NCBI GenBank assembly: GCA_964016885.1
Contig: OZ024740.1
Coordinates: 19,158,001-19,222,000, forward strand
Reading direction: 5' to 3'
Source: Eledone cirrhosa
Lineage: Eukaryota
Length of the DNA: 64,000 nucleotides
The notes under the pieces: model-generated
What the model was told of the DNA's origin: nothing
Seen by the model: the letters and a program-made list of their open reading frames with translations, nothing else
The model's database searches: none
In this document: positions 57,901 through 64,000 of the stretch, one piece after another
How the letters are laid out: the number at the start of each line of letters is the position of its first letter
Numbering within the stretch: position 1 is the first letter of the stretch
Translations under genes and position numbers: made by a program

Positions 57901-60900
57901 CAACACTATCTTACCACCAACACTAACTTACTACCAACACTATCTTACCACCAACACTACCTTACCACCAACACAGTCTTACCAACGACACTACCTTACT
58001 ACCAGCACTGTTTTACCACAAACACTACCTTACTACCAACACTATCTTACCACCAACACTACCTTACCACCAACACAGTCTTACCAACAACACTCTCTTA
58101 CCACCAACACTACCTTACCACCAACACTGTCTTACCACCAACACTACCTTACAAACCAACACTGTCTTACCACCATCACTACCTTACTACCAACACTATC
58201 TTACCACCAACACTACCTTACCACCAACACAGTCTTACCAACAACACTATCTTACCACCAACACTACCTTACCACCAACACTGTCTTACCACCAACACTA
58301 CCTTACTACCAACACTATCTTACCACCAACACTACCTTACCACCAACACTGTCTTACCACCAATACTACCTTACCACCAACACTATCTTACCACCCACAC
58401 TGTCTTACCACCAACACTACCTTAGCACCAACACTATCTTACCACCAACACTACCTTAGCACCAACAATATCTTACCACCAACACTACCTTACCACCAAC
58501 ACTACCTTGCCACCGACACTACCTTACCACCAACACTGTCTTACCACCAACCCTATCCTACCACCAACAATACCTTATCACCAACACTACCTTACCACTA
58601 ACACTACCTTACCACCACCACTACCTTACCACTTACACTACTTTAACACCAACACTATCTTACCACCAACACTATCTTACCACCAACACTATCTTACCAC
58701 CAACACTATCTTACCACCAACACTACCTTACCACCAACACTGTGTTACCACCAACACTACCTTACAACCTACACTACCTTACCACCAACACTACCTTACC
58801 ACCAACACTACCTTACCACCAACACTGTCTTACCACCAACACTACCTTACCACCTAAACTACCTTACCACCAACACTACCTTGCCACCAACACTGTCCTA
58901 CCACCAACACTACCTTAAGACCAACACTACATTACCACCAACACTACCTTACCACCAACACTGTCTCACCACCAACACTACCTTACGACCAACACTACCT
59001 TACCACCAACACTACTTTACCACCAACACTACCTTACCACCAACACTACCTTACCACCAACACTACCTTACCACCAACACTACCTTACACCAACACTACC
59101 TTATCACAAACACTACTTTACCACCAACACTATCTTACCACCAACACTACCTTACCACCAACACTATCTTACCACTAACACTATCTTACCACCAACACTA
59201 TCTTACCACCAACACTACCTTAAAACCAACACTACCATACCACCAACACTACCTTAACACACACACTACATTACCACCTACACTACCTTACCACCAACAC
59301 TGTCTTACCACCAACACTACCTTACCACCAACACTGTCTTACCACCAACACTATATTACCACCAACACTATATTACCACCAACACTACATTAACACCTAC
59401 ACTACCTTACCACCAACACTACCTACCACCAACACTACCTTACCAGGAACACTATCTTACCACCAACATTGTCTTAAAACCAACACCATCTTACCACGAA
59501 CACTGTCTTATCACCAACACTAACTTACCAGCAACAGAACCTTACCACCAACACTACCTTACCACCAACAAAACCTTACCACCAAACTACCTCACCACCT
59601 ACACTAGCATACCACAAACACTATCTTACCACCATCAGTACCTTACCACCAACACTAGCTTACCACCAACACTACCTTACCACCAACACTATCTTACCAC
59701 TAACACTATCTTAACACCAACACTACCTGACCACCAACACTGTCTTACCACCAACACTACCTTACCACCAACACTACCTTATCACAAACACTACTTTACC
59801 ACCAACACTATCTTACCACTAACACTACCTTACCACCAACGCTATCTTACCACCAACACTATCTTACCACTAACACTACCTTACCACCAACGCTATCTTA
59901 CCACCAACACTGTCTTACCACCAACACTACCTTACCACCAACACTGTCTTACCACAAACACTACCTTACCACCAACACTATCTTACCACCAATACTATCT
60001 TACCACCAACACTACCATACCACCAACACTGTTTAACCACCAACACTGTCTTACCACCAACACTACCTTACCACCAACACTATCTTACCACCAACACTGT
60101 TTAACCACCAACACTACCTACCACCAACACTACCTTACCACCAACACTAGCTTACCACCAACACTACCTTACCACCAACACTGTCTTACCACCAACATTA
60201 CCTTACCACCAACACTATCTTACCACCAACACTACCTTACCACCAACACTATCTTACCACCAACTCTATCTTACCACCGACACAACATTACCACAAACAC
60301 TACCTTACCACCAACACTGTCTTACCACCAACATTACCTTACCACCAACACTATCTTACCACCAACACTACCTTACCACCAACACTATCTTACCACCAAC
60401 TCTATCTTACCACCAACACTACATTACCACAAACACTACCTTACCACCAACACTATCTTACCACCAACACTACCTTAAGACCAACACTACCTTACCACCA
60501 ACACTGTCTTACCACTAACACTACCTTACCACCAACACTACCTTACCACCAACACTACCTTACCAGCAACACTACCTTACCACCAACACTACCTTACACC
60601 AACACTACCTTATCACAAACACTACTTTACCACCAACACTATCTTACCACCAACACTACCTTACCACCAACACTATCTTACCACTAACACTATCTTACCA
60701 CCAACACTATCTTACCACCAACACTACCTTAAAACCAACACTACCATACCACCAACACTACCTTAACACACACACTACATTACCACCTACACTACCTTAC
60801 CACCAACACTGTCTTACCACCAACACTACCTTACCACCAACACTGTCTTACCACCAACACTATATTACCACCAACACTACATTAACACCTACACTACCTT

Positions 60901-63900
60901 ACCACCAACACTACCTACCACCAACACTACCTTACCACGAACACTATCTTACCACCAACATTGTCTTAAAACCAACACTACCTTACCACCAACACTACCT
61001 TACCACCAACACTAAATTCCCACCTACACTACCTTACCACCAACACTATCTTACCACCAACACAACCTTACCACCAACACTACCTTTCCATCATCACTAA
61101 CTTACAACCAACACTATCTTACCACGAACACTGTCTTATCACCAACACTAACTTACCAGCAACAGAACCTTACCACCAACACTACCTTACCACCAACACA
61201 ACCTTACCAACAAACTACCTTACCACCTACACTAGCATACCACGAACACTATCTTACCACCATCAGTACCTTACCACCAACACTAGCTTACCACCAACTC
61301 TACCTTACCACCAACACTATCTTACCACTAACACTATCTTAACACCAACACTACCTGACCACCAACACCGTCTTACCACCAACACTACCTTACCACCAAC
61401 ACTACCTTATCACAAACACTACTTTACCACCAACACTATCTTACCACTAACACTACCTTACCACCAACGCTATCTTACCACCAACACTATCTTACCACTA
61501 ACACTACCTTACCACCAACGCTATCTTACCACCAACACTGTCTTACCACCAACACTAACTTACCACCAACACTGTCTTACCACCAACACTACCTTACCAC
61601 CAACACTGTCTTACCACAAACACTACCTTACCACCAACACTATCTTACCACCAACACTATCTTACCACCAACACTACCATACCACCAACACTGTTTAACC
61701 ACCAACACTGTCTTACCACCAACACTACCTTACCACCAACACTATCTTACCACCAACACTGTTTAACCACCAACACTACCTACCACCAACACTACCTTAC
61801 CACCAACACTAGCTTACCACCAACACTACCTTACCACCAACACTGTCTTACCACCAACATTACCTTACCACCAACACTATCTTACCACCAACACTACCTT
61901 ACCACCAACACTATCTTACCACCAACTCTATCTTACCACCAACCCTACATTACCACAAACACTACCTTACCACCAACACTATCATGCCACCAACTCTATC
62001 TTACCACCAACACTACATTACCACAAACACTACCTTACCACCAACACTGTCTTACCACCAACATTACCTTACCACCAACACTATCTTACCACCAACACTA
62101 TCTTACCACCAACTCTATCTTACCACCAACACTACATTACCACAAACACTACCTTACCACCAACACTATCTTACCACCAACACTACCTTAAGACCAACAC
62201 TACCTTACCACCAACACTGTCTTACCACCAACACTACCTTACCACCAACACTGTCTTACCACCAACACTAACTTACCACCAACACTGTCTTACCACAAAA
62301 ACTACCTTACCACCAACACTATCTTACCACCAACACTACCTTAAGACCAACACTACCTTACCACCAACACTGTCTTACCACCAACACTAACTTACCACCA
62401 ACACTGTCTTGCCACGAACACTACCTTACCACCAACACTACCTTACCACCAACACTGTCTTACCACAAACACTACCTTACCACCAACACTATCTTACCAC
62501 CAACACTACCTTACCACCAACACTACCTTACCACCAACACTAACTTACCACCAACACTAACCTACCACCAACACTACCTTACCACCAACACTGTCTTACC
62601 ACCAACACTACATTACCACCAACACTAGCTTACCACCAACACTACCTTACCACCAACACTGACTTACCACCAACATTACCTTACCACCAACACTATCTTA
62701 CCACCAACACTAGCTTACCACCAACACTATCTTACCACCAATTCTATCTTACCACCAACACTACCTTACCACCAACACTACCTTACCACCAACACTACCT
62801 TACCACCAACACTAACTTACCACCAACACTGTCTTACCACGAACACTACCTTACCAGCAACACTATCTTACCACCAACACTACCTTACCAACAACACTAC
62901 CTTACCACCAACACTACCTTACCACAAACACTACCTTACCACCAACACTATCTTACCACCAACACTACCTTACCACCAACACTGTCTGACCACAAACACT
63001 GTCTTACCACGAACACTACCTTACCACCCACACTATCTTACCACCAACACTACCTTACCACCAACACTATCTTACCACCAACACTACCTTACCACCAACA
63101 CTACCTTACCACCAACACTAACTTACCACCAACACTAACCTACCAAAAACACTACCTTACCACCAACACTGTCTTACCACCAACACTACATTACCACGAA
63201 CACTAGCTTACCACCAACACTACCTTACCACCAACACTGTCTTACCACCAACATTACCTTACCACCAACACTATCTTACCACCAACACTACCTTACCACC
63301 AACACTATCTTACCACCAACTCTATCTTACCACCAACACAACATTACCACAAACACTACCTTACCACCAACACTGTCTTACCACCAACATTACCTTACCA
63401 CCAACACTATCTTACCACCAACACTACCTTACCACCAACACTATCTTACCACCAACTCTATCTTACCACCAACACTACATTACCACAAACACTACCTTAC
63501 CACCAACACTATCTTACCACCAACACTACCTTAAGACCAACACTACCTTACCACCAACACTGTCTTACCACCAACACTACCTTACCACCAACACTACCTT
63601 ACCACCAACACTACCTTACCAGCAACACTACCTTACCACCAACACTACCTTACACCAACACTACCTTATCACAAACACTACTTTACCACCAACACTATCT
63701 TACCACCAACACTACCTTACCACCAACACTATCTTACCACTAACACTATCTTACCACCAACACTATCTTACCACCAACACTACCTTAAAACCAACACTAC
63801 CATACCACCAACACTACCTTAACACACACACTACATTACCACCTACACTACCTTACCACCAACACTGTCTTACCACAAACACTACCTTACCTCCAACACT

Positions 63901-64000
63901 GTCTTACCACCAACACTATATTACCACCAACACTACATTAACACCTACACTACCTTACCACCAACACTACCTACCACCAACACTACCTTACCACGAACAC

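Larger units (their letters stand above)
14515..64000. repeat. 17-bp satellite array, ~2900 monomers, continuing past the window end; consensus CACTACCTTACCACCAA, main variants CACTATCTT... and CACTGTCTT...
   Basis: Single-orientation array of ~49.5 kb with no interruption seen; copy number estimated as length/17. Confidence 0.99.

Noticed and set aside
14495-62271. Many ORFs of up to 433 aa (TTNTTLPPTLPYHQHYL repeats) in the satellite
   Set aside because: They follow automatically from a stop-free 17-bp monomer, appear in overlapping frames, mostly start at TTG, and are broken by random indels and stops.
14515-64000. CRISPR array or telomere interpretation of the satellite
   Set aside because: There are no unique spacers and no cas genes. 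The unit is not TTAGGG/TTAGG, and the G-rich strand runs 5'-3' toward the unique DNA, opposite to telomere polarity for an end at the right.
14515-64000. 17-bp unit as a CENP-B box
   Set aside because: Only the length matches; the TTCG....A..CGGG core is absent.

Overview
Eukaryotic, repeat-only window with no confident host gene; the SINE and (CAT)n-tailed repeats resemble cephalopod/Octopus repeats (from memory, unverified). Bases 1-~4810 hold a nearly intact Tx1/L1-type non-LTR retrotransposon: an ORF1 with a CCHC knuckle, and an APE-RT-CCHC ORF2 broken by one frameshift in a G13 run. It ends in AATAAA plus (TATC)n(TA)n. Bases ~4.9-14.5 kb are AT-rich and contain (TA)n tracts, at least 7 copies or fragments of a tRNA-derived SINE, a hAT-like MITE, a 213-bp perfect inverted repeat and small minisatellites. 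The most notable structures are two sequence-unrelated fold-back palindromes (5255-5773, 6478-6860). Each carries a minimal type I hammerhead ribozyme motif on both strands, of the Penelope-like-element kind, with shared structural details; two further decayed hammerhead relics lie nearby. Bases 14515-64000 are a ~49.5-kb satellite of a 17-bp unit (CACTACCTTACCACCAA and variants) with several layers of kb-scale higher-order repeats. The ORFs called in the satellite are artefacts of a stop-free monomer.
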